The position numbers were made by a program, and so were the translations under genes. Under the pieces are notes generated by a model. It was not told the origin of the DNA. It made no database searches and was given only the letters and a program-made list of their open reading frames with translations. Shown in pieces: positions 9,435-18,875 of a stretch of 59,573 bases of DNA (position 1 is its first letter; every line of letters starts with the position of its first letter). The stretch comes from an uncultured Pseudomonadales bacterium (GTDB lineage Bacteria; Patescibacteriota; Microgenomatia; UBA1400; CAYXSR01): contig CAYSEI010000001.1 in assembly GCA_964430265.1 (NCBI GenBank), positions 1 through 59,573 of the forward strand, read 5' to 3'.

Positions 9435-9895
9435 TTTTTCCTTTCAATTCTTGAATAATCTGTATAATTTTAAATAATTTGTATAAGCTTGTATAATTTC
9501 TATTTTTCTCAAGAATTTATATTTATTATTTGCAATTATATTTGCTTATATCCAGTTATATTTAAAAGTTCACTAAACTAATTACTATACTAAAAATATA
9601 TTGTCATGCGTGTCAAGTGGTAAATATGAGGTAGATTGATATTTTTTGTTAATTTAATTTTTTGTGTTTTTAACGGCCGAAAGAAACCAATAAGTGTTAT
9701 TTTTCACACACTTTTCATAGGTTAAATGATGGGATCAAAGTAGCTCAAAGACATTCAAAAAGCATAGTTAGCTGCTTAATTGTATTTTAAAGCCAAAAAT
9801 TACCTGTGGATTAAATTGTGGATAATTTTGCTTGTTGACAACATCATTTTGTTGTGAGAGATTATTTTTAGAAACATATATATACAACAATAGTC

Positions 9896-10729
9896 ATGAA
9901 AAAAGAAGATAAATACAACAACAGCCTAAAAAACCTTATATTATTCAGCTTAGTATCAGAGCAGGAGCTGTTTAAAGACGATTTAGAACTTGAATATTAT
10001 GATTACGACTATCTATATGACCGCTTAATCCAATATCAAAATAGTTCTATCAGAGATGCAGTTTTACAGTTAGTTGATAAAGGACAAGTCAATAAACTAA
10101 TGCAAGATGCACGCGTCTATTTTCGTTTGAACAATCGCGGCAAGCATCAATTACTAGGTCTTTTTCCATCATATAAAACCCGAAAAAAAATATGGGATCG
10201 TAAGTGGAGAATCGCTATTATAAGGGGTAAGAGTAGGCTTAGAAAACCCGAAAATAGAACCGAAAGAATTACTAATCTTAGAGAACTGCGCCAAGAATTA
10301 AGGGAGAATGGATTTAAAAAATATATTCGCGGTGTATATCTACAACCATTTACTATTACGGAAAAAGTGCGGGAATTCCTATTAAATGAAAAATATGCAC
10401 CATTATTAACAGTAATTGAAAGTAGCAGTTTAATTGTGGGTGATCATCAACAATTAGCAATGCAAATATGGAATTTGCAGGATTTAATGGACCGCTATCA
10501 GCAATTTATCAAAAGAGCAGATCGACTGATAATCAAAATAAATAATAGAAAAGTACTGAAAGATAGGGAAAAATTAGAGTTCTTTCTCATATTGCAGGAG
10601 ATCTTTAGCCTGTTAAAAGCCGATCCCGGTCTGCCAAAAAAGCTTTTAATGAGTCGTTGGCCGGCTAAAAAAGCACGCACAAAATTTTTAGAGCTTTCAA
10701 AAATAATTAGCAAATTCAAAACGTGCTAA
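9896..10729 (+). CDS. PaaX-like winged-helix regulator (tentative)
   Basis: 277 aa. Motif WDRKWRIAII...RELRQELRENGFKKYIRGVYLQPF resembles the PaaX-family W-x-G-x-W / GF...W..P core, but carries an inserted basic stretch. Confidence 0.4.
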   Translation: MKKEDKYNNSLKNLILFSLVSEQELFKDDLELEYYDYDYLYDRLIQYQNSSIRDAVLQLVDKGQVNKLMQDARVYFRLNNRGKHQLLGLFPSYKTRKKIWDRKWRIAIIRGKSRLRKPENRTERITNLRELRQELRENGFKKYIRGVYLQPFTITEKVREFLLNEKYAPLLTVIESSSLIVGDHQQLAMQIWNLQDLMDRYQQFIKRADRLIIKINNRKVLKDREKLEFFLILQEIFSLLKADPGLPKKLLMSRWPAKKARTKFLELSKIISKFKTC

Positions 10730-10843
10730 TATACCTAAAAAATACAACTTTATACTTTGATGCATTTTGTAGATGTAGGGTTTGATACACAATGAGTGAG
10801 TGATTAGTTTGATGTAGTTGGTGAATTGTTATTTTATTCTTTA

Positions 10844-11524
10844 TTAAAATCCAAATTCAGAAGGTTCTACATAAAAGGGAAGTCGGTTTCCGTTTTTGTC
10901 AGTGACTTGCACTGATATTATTTGTTTTTCCTGGGGATAATTAATACCTCGGGTGGGATTATCGCTTTTCATTTGCTCTCCGTCCCTAAAAAAGAGAGTT
11001 ATGCTAACTGGTTTTGGATTGTTTCTTACCCAAATAACACCATTTTTTTCAGTTACCTGCATTTTTGTTAAAGTTGAATAAACTGTAAAAGGATATGTCC
11101 AATCTGCTTGTTTTCCGCTGATTTCCATTCTTATAGGACCAAAGCTGCTGTTTGGCGGTACATGGAAAACAATTTCATTTGGCTGCCAGTCCTTAATGAA
11201 GTCTTCGGGAACTGAAGTATTTCCTAAATAAAGCTTTTTGTTTTTGGGGTTGTTGCCAAAGTTGTTTCCTTGGATAATTACTGCGTCTTCAACTTTACCT
11301 ACAAAAGGCCAGACTAAGGATATTTGCGGATTGCCACTTGGAGCAGAGCCGTATTTTTCTTTAACCGGCTCAGGTTTGTCAAAATAAGCAGAGCTTTGGG
11401 TTTCGGTTTTCTGCTGAGCTGTCCAAACGGTAATCGGGATGGCAATTAAGATGGCGATAATAACGGAAAAAGAAAAAATTTGTTTAAATGAAATCTGGTC
11501 AATTTGTTTAAATATGTTTGTCAT
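10844..11524 (-). CDS. Membrane-anchored protein with an IPT/TIG-like domain
   Basis: 226 aa. N-terminal TM FSFSVIIAILIAIPITVW. VIIQGNNFGNNPKNKKLYLGNTSVPEDFIKDWQPNEIVFHVPPNSSFGPIRMEISG fits the IPT/TIG pattern. Start overlaps the upstream gene by 4 nt. Confidence 0.55.
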   Translation of the reverse strand: MTNIFKQIDQISFKQIFSFSVIIAILIAIPITVWTAQQKTETQSSAYFDKPEPVKEKYGSAPSGNPQISLVWPFVGKVEDAVIIQGNNFGNNPKNKKLYLGNTSVPEDFIKDWQPNEIVFHVPPNSSFGPIRMEISGKQADWTYPFTVYSTLTKMQVTEKNGVIWVRNNPKPVSITLFFRDGEQMKSDNPTRGINYPQEKQIISVQVTDKNGNRLPFYVEPSEFGF

Positions 11525-12291
11525 TCTCTTATTTCAATAATTTTTTTCTTTGCATTAAAGTGTATAGAATATTTTTGGAAAAATCCAGACCTACCCAAAA
11601 TTTTTTTTGTAGCCTGGGCTTCAGTAAATACAACAGGTATTTTTTCCTCTCTGTTGTTTAGAAGGACTGTCATATCTCCTTTGTAAGCAAAAGAGCTTGT
11701 ACCTCCATAGCCTCGGAAAGTTGAACGCTGCAGGTCAGCAAGAGAATCATATCCCATTTTTTTTGCTTCTTCGCGGGGAAGGGAGGAAACCAAGGCTCCG
11801 GAATCGAGTAAAAACTCGACTTGTTCAACTCCTTGATTTGGGTAGACAACAGATAATTTTAAAATAGGTTCAAAAACATTGCCAAATCCTTTCCAGTTAA
11901 CCGGCTGGTAAGGTGCTTGCAAAAGGATTTCCGATTCTTCTATCTTTGTGTTGGCAAAAATTACTTTACTGGCAATAAAGTAGGTACCGTAGGCAAACAA
12001 ACCTACAAAAAGAATGATATACATTATTTTAAAAAGACCTTTTAGAGGAGTGATGCTATCTTCTTTTCCAATATCAGGATTGGGGTTTACGTTGGCTGTC
12101 TGTTTTTTTAATTTTGTTTCTTGCTCTTTTTTTTCTTCTGGTTCAGGGTTTTGTTTTTCTTCAATTGGGTCTTCTTTATCTTGCTTGTTTGGTACCTGAG
12201 GGTTTGGGTTTAAATTAGGCACCTGCAGAGATAAGGGATCAAATTCTTCTTCTTGTTTAGGGTTTGAATTATTGCTGTTGTTATTGTCCAT
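11521..12291 (-). CDS. Membrane-anchored retropepsin-like (clan AA) aspartic protease
   Basis: 256 aa. Low-complexity N-terminus, TM IMYIILFVGLFAYGTYFIA, then VEFLLDSGALVSSLP (D-S-G-A active-site signature). Confidence 0.55.
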   Translation of the reverse strand: MDNNNSNNSNPKQEEEFDPLSLQVPNLNPNPQVPNKQDKEDPIEEKQNPEPEEKKEQETKLKKQTANVNPNPDIGKEDSITPLKGLFKIMYIILFVGLFAYGTYFIASKVIFANTKIEESEILLQAPYQPVNWKGFGNVFEPILKLSVVYPNQGVEQVEFLLDSGALVSSLPREEAKKMGYDSLADLQRSTFRGYGGTSSFAYKGDMTVLLNNREEKIPVVFTEAQATKKILGRSGFFQKYSIHFNAKKKIIEIRE

Positions 12292-12302
12292 TTTCTCCTC
12301 AA

Positions 12303-14546
12303 CTATAGCAGATATCCCAAGAATAAATCAAGAATAAGTATGCTTGTTAACAGAGTAAGCAAGCTGGGAAAGGTGAACATGATAAAAACAACGGCCAATA
12401 AAGAAAGAATCAAAAACATTTTGGAAGCCATAATTTGAGTTTTGTATTTTTTTAAGCCTTGGATCGGTTTGAAAAAGAGCATATAAGGGTATTCCTCAAT
12501 GGACTTTTCTATTAAATAAAATTCGTTTCTGGAGGCAGTAATGTCTCTTTTTTCTGGATTAGGAAAGTATGCCTCACCGTTTCTATCAGTAAGAATTTTT
12601 CTTTTTTCATTGAAAAGTTTTTCATCTTCGGATTCAATTTTTTCAGTCTCGGTTATTTCAACAAAACGAAGGGGTTTTTCATCAAATAGAGCAATTATCA
12701 GATAGGGTTTTTTAAAGAATCTTTTGATAAGGCTAAAAATAAAGGAAGAATGTAAATAAAATTTAAGGGAGAGTGCAAAGGAAAAACCAAGTCCGAGTTT
12801 GGCAAAAATATACCATGCTAGAATTAGAATAAGTGGAATCATTAAAAGTATGCAGGTTTTAATAAACGATACTCTGTTTAAGGTTGGGTCGGGGATTTGA
12901 AATAATTGTGCTGCGCGTTGTGATATTGAAGCGGGAGCTTGAGGAGCAGTATAGTTAATAACAGTTTTAAAATTGGGAAGAAGAGTAGTGTTTCCTGCGC
13001 TGTCAGATGAACTGACAGTTATAGTATAGGTATCGTTTTTTAAATTTTCGGATGGGTATAATTCAAAATATCCTTGCTGTTTAGCTGTTCCTCTGAGAAT
13101 GGTTGTATTATTCTGGCTGTTTTTTAATACAATTCTAATTTGGCTGCCTGGCTCTGAGCGTCCGGCAAATACTGGTCTTGGATCGTTAGTGGTTAGTGTT
13201 GTTTCCGTGGGAATTTCTGTGGGAGTTTTTGAAGAATAACCTAATTCCGTGTTTTCACTGCCTACTTGATTAATGATTAAAATCGGTCCTTGAGTGTCAA
13301 TGGAAAAAGTCCATAGAGCAGAATCCGCATAATTATTATTTGTGTCAAGCACGCGTATTTTCCAGTTGTATATTGAATCATTTAGCGGTTGTTTAAGCGT
13401 TAAATTGTACTGATCATTATTAACTACACATTGATACTGGTCAGTATTAATTGAGTCTTGATTAACGGGTATTTCCTGCACTTTTAGTTGGTTGTTTAGG
13501 TATAGCTGGTAGTGACTGAGCGTGTTTTTTGTGTTATTAACTTTGTTAAAAACAAACGTAGGGTAGGGATTTGACAAATAGCTGCCGTTGACCGGTGAGA
13601 CCAAGATGGGTGTAGGTAGTTCTTGCACTGAAGGCGAAGGACTGGGCGAGGCGGCAGCAGGTGCAGGTGTTGGACTTGCAGATGGGCTGGGACTGGGGCT
13701 GGGAGTAGGAGAAGGTGAAGCGGTTATTGTTTCCTGGTCTTTTACTTCCAGGTCAAATTCCGATAAAAGTGTAGTATTGCCGACGGAATCGGAGGCACTG
13801 GCAGTTACTGTATATGTATCATTACTGAGATCTGAGGAAGGAGTAAAGATAAACTCTCCGTCACTTTCTGCAGAATCTTCCATAGTGGTTGTATCAGAAT
13901 TACTGTCTGTTAAAACAATTCTTACACTTGCATAAGGTTCTGAACGGCCAACGAAAAGTGGCGTTTTATCATAAGTTTCCAGGGTGGTATCCTCGGGTAT
14001 TGAATTTGGATCTTCTGACGAATAGCCTAAATTAGTGTTTTCATATCCGACTTGATTAACAACCAGAATCGGACCTTGAGTATCAATTGAAAAAGACCAA
14101 GTTGCTGAATCAACGTAATTGTCATTGTGGTCATATGCGCGTATTTTCCAGGTGTATGATGAGTCGCTTAAGCTTCTTTTAAGACTTAAAGTAATCTCAT
14201 CACCGCTGCTGGTGACTGAAAAATCAGCTGTTTCATAGGGGATGCTTGCTTCAAGTATTTCTGAAATCTCAACTGATCCATCCAAAAAGAGCTGATAATG
14301 ACGGATCCCGCTTTGTTCATCAATAGCTTTCTCAAAAACAAAATTAACGGTTGGGTCAGATAAGTAGCTGCCATTGGTAGGCGAAATCAGTATTGGAGGA
14401 GTGGACGGGTCGATATTGTCAGGTACAGTGGCGGATATAGATATGGAACTGTCCCTTGTTTGTTCTTGGGCTTTAATTGCTAGGTTGGATTGGATAAATA
14501 TAGAGAAAAAAAAGAAGATGATTAAAAAAAGTTTAAATTGTTTCAT
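12303..14546 (-). CDS. Large surface protein: signal peptide, two ~270-aa duplicated Ig-like modules joined by an S/P/T-rich linker, C-terminal multi-TM region
   Basis: 747 aa. Duplicated segments PPILISPTNGSYLSDPTVNFVFEKA...YTWKIRAYDHNDNYVDSATWSFSIDTQGPILVVNQVG vs PTPILVSPVNGSYLSNPYPTFVFNKV...YNWKIRVLDTNNNYADSALWTFSIDTQGPILIINQVG. Linker SPSPTPSPSPSPSASPTPAPAAASPSPSPS. Hydrophobic C-terminal helices. Confidence 0.7.
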   Translation of the reverse strand: MKQFKLFLIIFFFFSIFIQSNLAIKAQEQTRDSSISISATVPDNIDPSTPPILISPTNGSYLSDPTVNFVFEKAIDEQSGIRHYQLFLDGSVEISEILEASIPYETADFSVTSSGDEITLSLKRSLSDSSYTWKIRAYDHNDNYVDSATWSFSIDTQGPILVVNQVGYENTNLGYSSEDPNSIPEDTTLETYDKTPLFVGRSEPYASVRIVLTDSNSDTTTMEDSAESDGEFIFTPSSDLSNDTYTVTASASDSVGNTTLLSEFDLEVKDQETITASPSPTPSPSPSPSASPTPAPAAASPSPSPSVQELPTPILVSPVNGSYLSNPYPTFVFNKVNNTKNTLSHYQLYLNNQLKVQEIPVNQDSINTDQYQCVVNNDQYNLTLKQPLNDSIYNWKIRVLDTNNNYADSALWTFSIDTQGPILIINQVGSENTELGYSSKTPTEIPTETTLTTNDPRPVFAGRSEPGSQIRIVLKNSQNNTTILRGTAKQQGYFELYPSENLKNDTYTITVSSSDSAGNTTLLPNFKTVINYTAPQAPASISQRAAQLFQIPDPTLNRVSFIKTCILLMIPLILILAWYIFAKLGLGFSFALSLKFYLHSSFIFSLIKRFFKKPYLIIALFDEKPLRFVEITETEKIESEDEKLFNEKRKILTDRNGEAYFPNPEKRDITASRNEFYLIEKSIEEYPYMLFFKPIQGLKKYKTQIMASKMFLILSLLAVVFIMFTFPSLLTLLTSILILDLFLGYLL

Positions 14547-14599
14547 GATACAAGTCTATCAAGGAAAAGTAATCAATGACAAGTAGCAAGAAGAATTTT

Positions 14600-15568
14600 T
14601 TATTCTTCTGTTTTGATTTCCTCAACCGGAGGAGGGGAAGTCGGTTTGTTTAATTTCTTTTTTCTGGTTACAAGCAAGATGATAATTGTTAAGATGACTG
14701 CCAGTATCAGTGTGATTAGCTTCCAAGGAATGATCCAGAAATAGACCATTGCCTGCAAGGTTTTATTTGTTGATCCGTACTGGGTGGTTAAGACGGCTTG
14801 ATATCTTCCCAGTCTCCATTTCCCCGGGAATTCGTTTTCAAGTACGCGGGATTGGAAAGGAAAGATATTAACTTCTTCAAGGTTAAGATCCGTAACTTTT
14901 TGTTTAAGCATATTGTACACTTTAATGCTTCCTTTAGGACGGATGTGAACGTCGGAAAGGTTTTCAATTTCACTGGTAAAATTAATGGGTCCGTATTCTG
15001 CCATTTTTTTATCAGTTTCAAAACGAATTATTTCTGCATTTTCAGTAATGTCTCCCTCAACTGTTAAATATACTAAGGTGCCGACGTTTTGAGATAGTTT
15101 AGAACCGGTTTCTCCCATGGTTGCAGAGTAATCGGGAGAGTGGAGAATCATTGCATAGTGTCCTCCCGGCGTAGCATCTTGCGGAATTTGGATTAAAACA
15201 TTAACCGGTTGTGTGTCTCCTGCTTTCATTAATGCTTTATTAGGAGAGATTTGCATCCAAGAAGACAAACTCCAACGTGTGGCGACTTCTTCTTCTACGG
15301 GAATCGGTGTTCCCTTATCGTCTTTAACAATAAAATCTTTGGAAATACTATTTATTACTATTTCTTGTTCAGAATCGTTTCTGACCTTGATTGTTTCCTG
15401 TAATGTTTCTCCGGGTGCTCCGGTGAGTTGGACTTTAGGAGGAATTGCAGTCAAAGTAGAGGTTGACTGAGCTTTTACTTTGGTTGTAAAAGGGATTAAA
15501 AATAAACTGAAAAATAAGAAGGTAAATGCTTTTTTTAAATTTGTTCTGTTTGTTCTTTTATTTTCCAT
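14600..15568 (-). CDS. Cell-surface protein with signal peptide and C-terminal TM anchor (DUF916/CscA-like architecture, tentative)
   Basis: 322 aa. Signal peptide ...FTTKVKAQS. TLTAIPPKVQLTGAPGETLQETIKVRNDSEQEIVINS beta-sandwich-like start. C-terminal WKLITLILAVILTIIILLVTRKKK. Confidence 0.5.
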   Translation of the reverse strand: MENKRTNRTNLKKAFTFLFFSLFLIPFTTKVKAQSTSTLTAIPPKVQLTGAPGETLQETIKVRNDSEQEIVINSISKDFIVKDDKGTPIPVEEEVATRWSLSSWMQISPNKALMKAGDTQPVNVLIQIPQDATPGGHYAMILHSPDYSATMGETGSKLSQNVGTLVYLTVEGDITENAEIIRFETDKKMAEYGPINFTSEIENLSDVHIRPKGSIKVYNMLKQKVTDLNLEEVNIFPFQSRVLENEFPGKWRLGRYQAVLTTQYGSTNKTLQAMVYFWIIPWKLITLILAVILTIIILLVTRKKKLNKPTSPPPVEEIKTEE

Positions 15569-15599
15569 GGGCAGTTTGTTTCTAATTTAATTTATTAAT

Positions 15600-17033
15600 T
15601 TAAAATGTTGCTGTGGCAACATATGTAATTGAGTTTTCATAATCTCCCGGCTCCTGAGTGGTGCCGATTGCCAGTCTGTAGCAAACATAAGCGTTTTCAT
15701 TTCCTGAAGGAGTGCTGGTATTATACATGATTTGTAAAGGATCATGTCCGTCTGCAGTAGAAGGAAATGCTCTTGCACAGAATGAAGTGCCGCAGTCACC
15801 ATAGGCAAAAGTTACATTTGCAGCATCAACATTTTCTATTGAATAACCAAATCCGGATTCGTCATTTTCAGATTCCCAGGCTCCGTTTGTATTGTATGCA
15901 CATCCGTCTGCATCACAATCAGTGTCAGCAAGTTCAACAGAGTTTTCTCCGTCAATTGACATCTGGTCGTCTTCAATAACGGTTACGGAATATCCGCTGT
16001 CGGCATTGGTGATACAGGTTAATTCCTGTACAGCATCATTAAATGCTCCCAAAACCAGTGAGCCGAAAGGAACTGAATAAGCAGTGGTGTCAATGGAACC
16101 TGAATCTCTGCTGACTCCGCAGTACGAGCCTGAATCAGCACTAATTCCGTTTATTTCAAATGTGATAGTTGGATCAACAGTAGCAGATACTCTGACTGAT
16201 TCTACTACAGCAACTGATGCGTCTTTGTCATCAATTGTGACGCCACTGTTGTTTTTGTGGCGGACTTTGATAATATAGTCGTCTGCGTCTCCTGGGCTAC
16301 CGACTCCATCAGGAGAAGGATTGATTAAAGGCTGTGTTTCTCCAATTGTAATACTAACTACATCATCAGTAGCGCTGTCTCCAGTATATGTGCATTCAAA
16401 ACAATGATAACCTCCGTTAGCTGTACAGCCGGTTTCTCCATAGTATTTTGCTGTACCTGCAGAAAAGCTGTATGTTCCTGAACCGCTGGTCTGGCTGCAG
16501 GAAACACTGGGGTCAGTTGAATCGTCGCCAAAATCAAAACCATCTTGGTCTGGCAGGCCATCTTTGCTTTTATCAGAGTTTGAGGTTGATTTAATTAAAA
16601 CTTCAAAAGAACCGTTAGAAACAACAGTGTTTGCTTCCAAAGAAATTGTATGAGTAGCTGAACGGGAAGCAACGATTACGTCACTTGCATCATTATCAGC
16701 TGAATCAACTCCGGAAGTGGTTGTAAATTGGGAGGAGGAAACAATTTCGTCTACAGTATATTCGCTTGCTGTATCGTCATTTCCTAAAAGAACCGTGTCT
16801 CCGGGGAAAAGATTGGCAGTATCTGTTGAAGGTCCGGATGAACCAACATTAATTGTTAGTTCAGTTGCGGTGCTGCCGGTTCCGATCTGTCCAAAAAATG
16901 AAAGACGAGAAGTGGACAAGGTATCGGAAACATTGTCTAAAGCACCGGCGTTAGCTGTTTTGGGAGAGAGAAACAAGAAAGTTATTAAAAAAATTAAAAA
17001 ACTCGTTGTAAGAAACTTTTTATTTTTAAGCAT
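15600..17033 (-). CDS. Secreted acidic surface protein, large paralogue of the 18111-18875 product (WxL-like, tentative)
   Basis: 477 aa. Signal peptide ...SPKTANAG. Shares ADTDCDADGCAYNTNGAWESENDESGFGYSIEN and the C-terminal strand GDYENSITYVATATF with the 254-aa protein (DDTTCDNNDCDEIDSGEWDDSNIDGFGYRMSG, GKYKTELVFICTPEY). Confidence 0.5.
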   Translation of the reverse strand: MLKNKKFLTTSFLIFLITFLFLSPKTANAGALDNVSDTLSTSRLSFFGQIGTGSTATELTINVGSSGPSTDTANLFPGDTVLLGNDDTASEYTVDEIVSSSQFTTTSGVDSADNDASDVIVASRSATHTISLEANTVVSNGSFEVLIKSTSNSDKSKDGLPDQDGFDFGDDSTDPSVSCSQTSGSGTYSFSAGTAKYYGETGCTANGGYHCFECTYTGDSATDDVVSITIGETQPLINPSPDGVGSPGDADDYIIKVRHKNNSGVTIDDKDASVAVVESVRVSATVDPTITFEINGISADSGSYCGVSRDSGSIDTTAYSVPFGSLVLGAFNDAVQELTCITNADSGYSVTVIEDDQMSIDGENSVELADTDCDADGCAYNTNGAWESENDESGFGYSIENVDAANVTFAYGDCGTSFCARAFPSTADGHDPLQIMYNTSTPSGNENAYVCYRLAIGTTQEPGDYENSITYVATATF

Positions 17034-17066
17034 TAAAATCTATTAAACTAACTTAAAATTTGTTTG

Positions 17067-18095
17067 TCAAGTGTTACTTTTTCTAAGATAAGATTTTATA
17101 ATTAAGTAAGTCAAAATTAAAACAACAACTACTAGAGGGAATGGAGAAAAGACAAGAAAATAAAAGTGAGTTTTAGTTTTATTTGCAAGATCGATTTGCA
17201 ATTCTGCTTTATATATTCCTGTATTCAATGTATTTACTTTACAAATGGATTTTTGTTCGTCTTCTATGCAAGAAATTTCTCTTTTTTTGTCGGGCAGGAT
17301 ATTTAAGGGGACAAGTTCTTTTTCAGCTGCAGTGCTGCCAAAAATGTTTTTGATTATTAATTTACCTTGGGGTTTAAAATGAAATTTGCCTTTATTTGCT
17401 ATTTTGATCTTAAATTGCGGGTTTTTAAAGCTGCCGATTATTGGAAAACATATTTTTGTTTTAGGAATACAAATTGAATTGTCTAAAGAAAAATCAACAT
17501 TACCTTTCTTTTCCCAATTAATATTACTTGCTACTGTAAGGATAATGTTACTGCCGATAACACCGGAAGTTTTTACTTGCTGTACATTTGTTTGAGCTGA
17601 AGGGTAGCTGCGCACAATTAGGCTGATGAGGAACTCTTTTTGCGGTGTGTTTTCCGGAACTTTAATTTTTAATACCAGTTGTTTTTCTTCATCCCTTTTT
17701 AAGGTAAAAGGTTGTTGCAAGTCAATATTTGCGTTTTGCAAAGAAAACCAAGACAAATAAGGGTGTTGGCTTTGATTTAAACCAGAACGCTCAAGAGGAT
17801 TTAAAAAATCAGGGTCAAGTTTAACCTTTCCTTGTTCACCTTCAGGGTAGGCAGGCACAACATCAGCATATATTTGCGTTTCTTGCCCCATATTTTTTAC
17901 TGTATATACCTGGGTGACTGTTTTTCCGGGTTTAATTGTAACCTCCAATAGAGGAGGGGAGATACCAATGTAAAAAGGTTGTTGGGCAAATGTGTTTTTG
18001 GAAAGTATTAACATAAAAGTGCAAAATAGGATTAAAAAGAAAACAATCTTCTGGAGTGTTTTCTTGCAGTGGTCTAAATTTTTTAAGATTTTCAT
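17067..18095 (-). CDS. Cell-surface protein with signal peptide and C-terminal TM anchor (DUF916/CscA-like architecture, tentative)
   Basis: 342 aa. Signal ...SKNTFAQQ. PFYIGISPPLLEVTIKPGKTVTQVYTVKNMGQETQIYADVVP. C-terminal FPLVVVVLILTYLIIKSYLRK. Confidence 0.5.
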   Translation of the reverse strand: MKILKNLDHCKKTLQKIVFFLILFCTFMLILSKNTFAQQPFYIGISPPLLEVTIKPGKTVTQVYTVKNMGQETQIYADVVPAYPEGEQGKVKLDPDFLNPLERSGLNQSQHPYLSWFSLQNANIDLQQPFTLKRDEEKQLVLKIKVPENTPQKEFLISLIVRSYPSAQTNVQQVKTSGVIGSNIILTVASNINWEKKGNVDFSLDNSICIPKTKICFPIIGSFKNPQFKIKIANKGKFHFKPQGKLIIKNIFGSTAAEKELVPLNILPDKKREISCIEDEQKSICKVNTLNTGIYKAELQIDLANKTKTHFYFLVFSPFPLVVVVLILTYLIIKSYLRKSNT

Positions 18096-18110
18096 TTTAT
18101 TTTTTCTATT

Positions 18111-18875
18111 TTAATATTCAGGAGTACAGATAAAAACAAGTTCGGTTTTGTATTTTCCTGATTCTTGGGTTCCCAATATATTCAGCTTTGCATGGACAGT
18201 TGCTTCCCGTTCTAGAGATATAACATTAGCGCCCATTACTTCTTCTGGTGATTCAGCCGGGTCCTCAATATTGGCAAATTGTTTGTAATAATTGGCTTGG
18301 GTAAAGCCGTCTGCAATATCATCTCCGCTCATTCTGTAGCCAAAACCGTCTATGTTGCTGTCATCCCATTCTCCCGAGTCTATTTCATCACAGTCATTGT
18401 TGTCACAAGTTGTATCATCAATTTCCTCACCGTTTTCATTGCGTAAAGGATGTGACTCATATGCTGTAACTTGGTATCCGCCCACACTGGGTGCATTTAC
18501 TGAAAGGGTAGTGGTTTGTGTTTCCGGTGTTTCCGGAACAAGGGAACCGTAGGCTAAATTTAAATTGGAAATGCTGAAGGAAAATTCTTCAATAGCAGTG
18601 TAAATATATTGAAATCCGGACTTAACAATATATCCGTCTTTGTCATATTCTCCCGGAGCTGTTTGTCCGCTGGTCTGGGTGATTGTTTTACCGGATTTGC
18701 TCATACTGCCACTGCTCATATTAACATTAGGCATCTGGATTACGTATCCGGGGGAATCCATTTGTCCGCGTTCAGCAGATATATTAGAAGGGAATAAAAA
18801 AAAGCCTGTGTATATATATAGTATAAATAAAAAGGGTATTAATCTGAAAAGGTCTTTAATTTTCTTTTTTTTCAT
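18111..18875 (-). CDS. Secreted acidic surface protein, small paralogue (WxL-like, tentative)
   Basis: The track ORF starts at a TTG (18890). The ATG at 18875 (MKKKKIKDLFRLIPFLFILYIY...SNISAE) is preferred. Paralogy motifs are listed under 15600-17033. Confidence 0.5.
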   Translation of the reverse strand: MKKKKIKDLFRLIPFLFILYIYTGFFLFPSNISAERGQMDSPGYVIQMPNVNMSSGSMSKSGKTITQTSGQTAPGEYDKDGYIVKSGFQYIYTAIEEFSFSISNLNLAYGSLVPETPETQTTTLSVNAPSVGGYQVTAYESHPLRNENGEEIDDTTCDNNDCDEIDSGEWDDSNIDGFGYRMSGDDIADGFTQANYYKQFANIEDPAESPEEVMGANVISLEREATVHAKLNILGTQESGKYKTELVFICTPEY

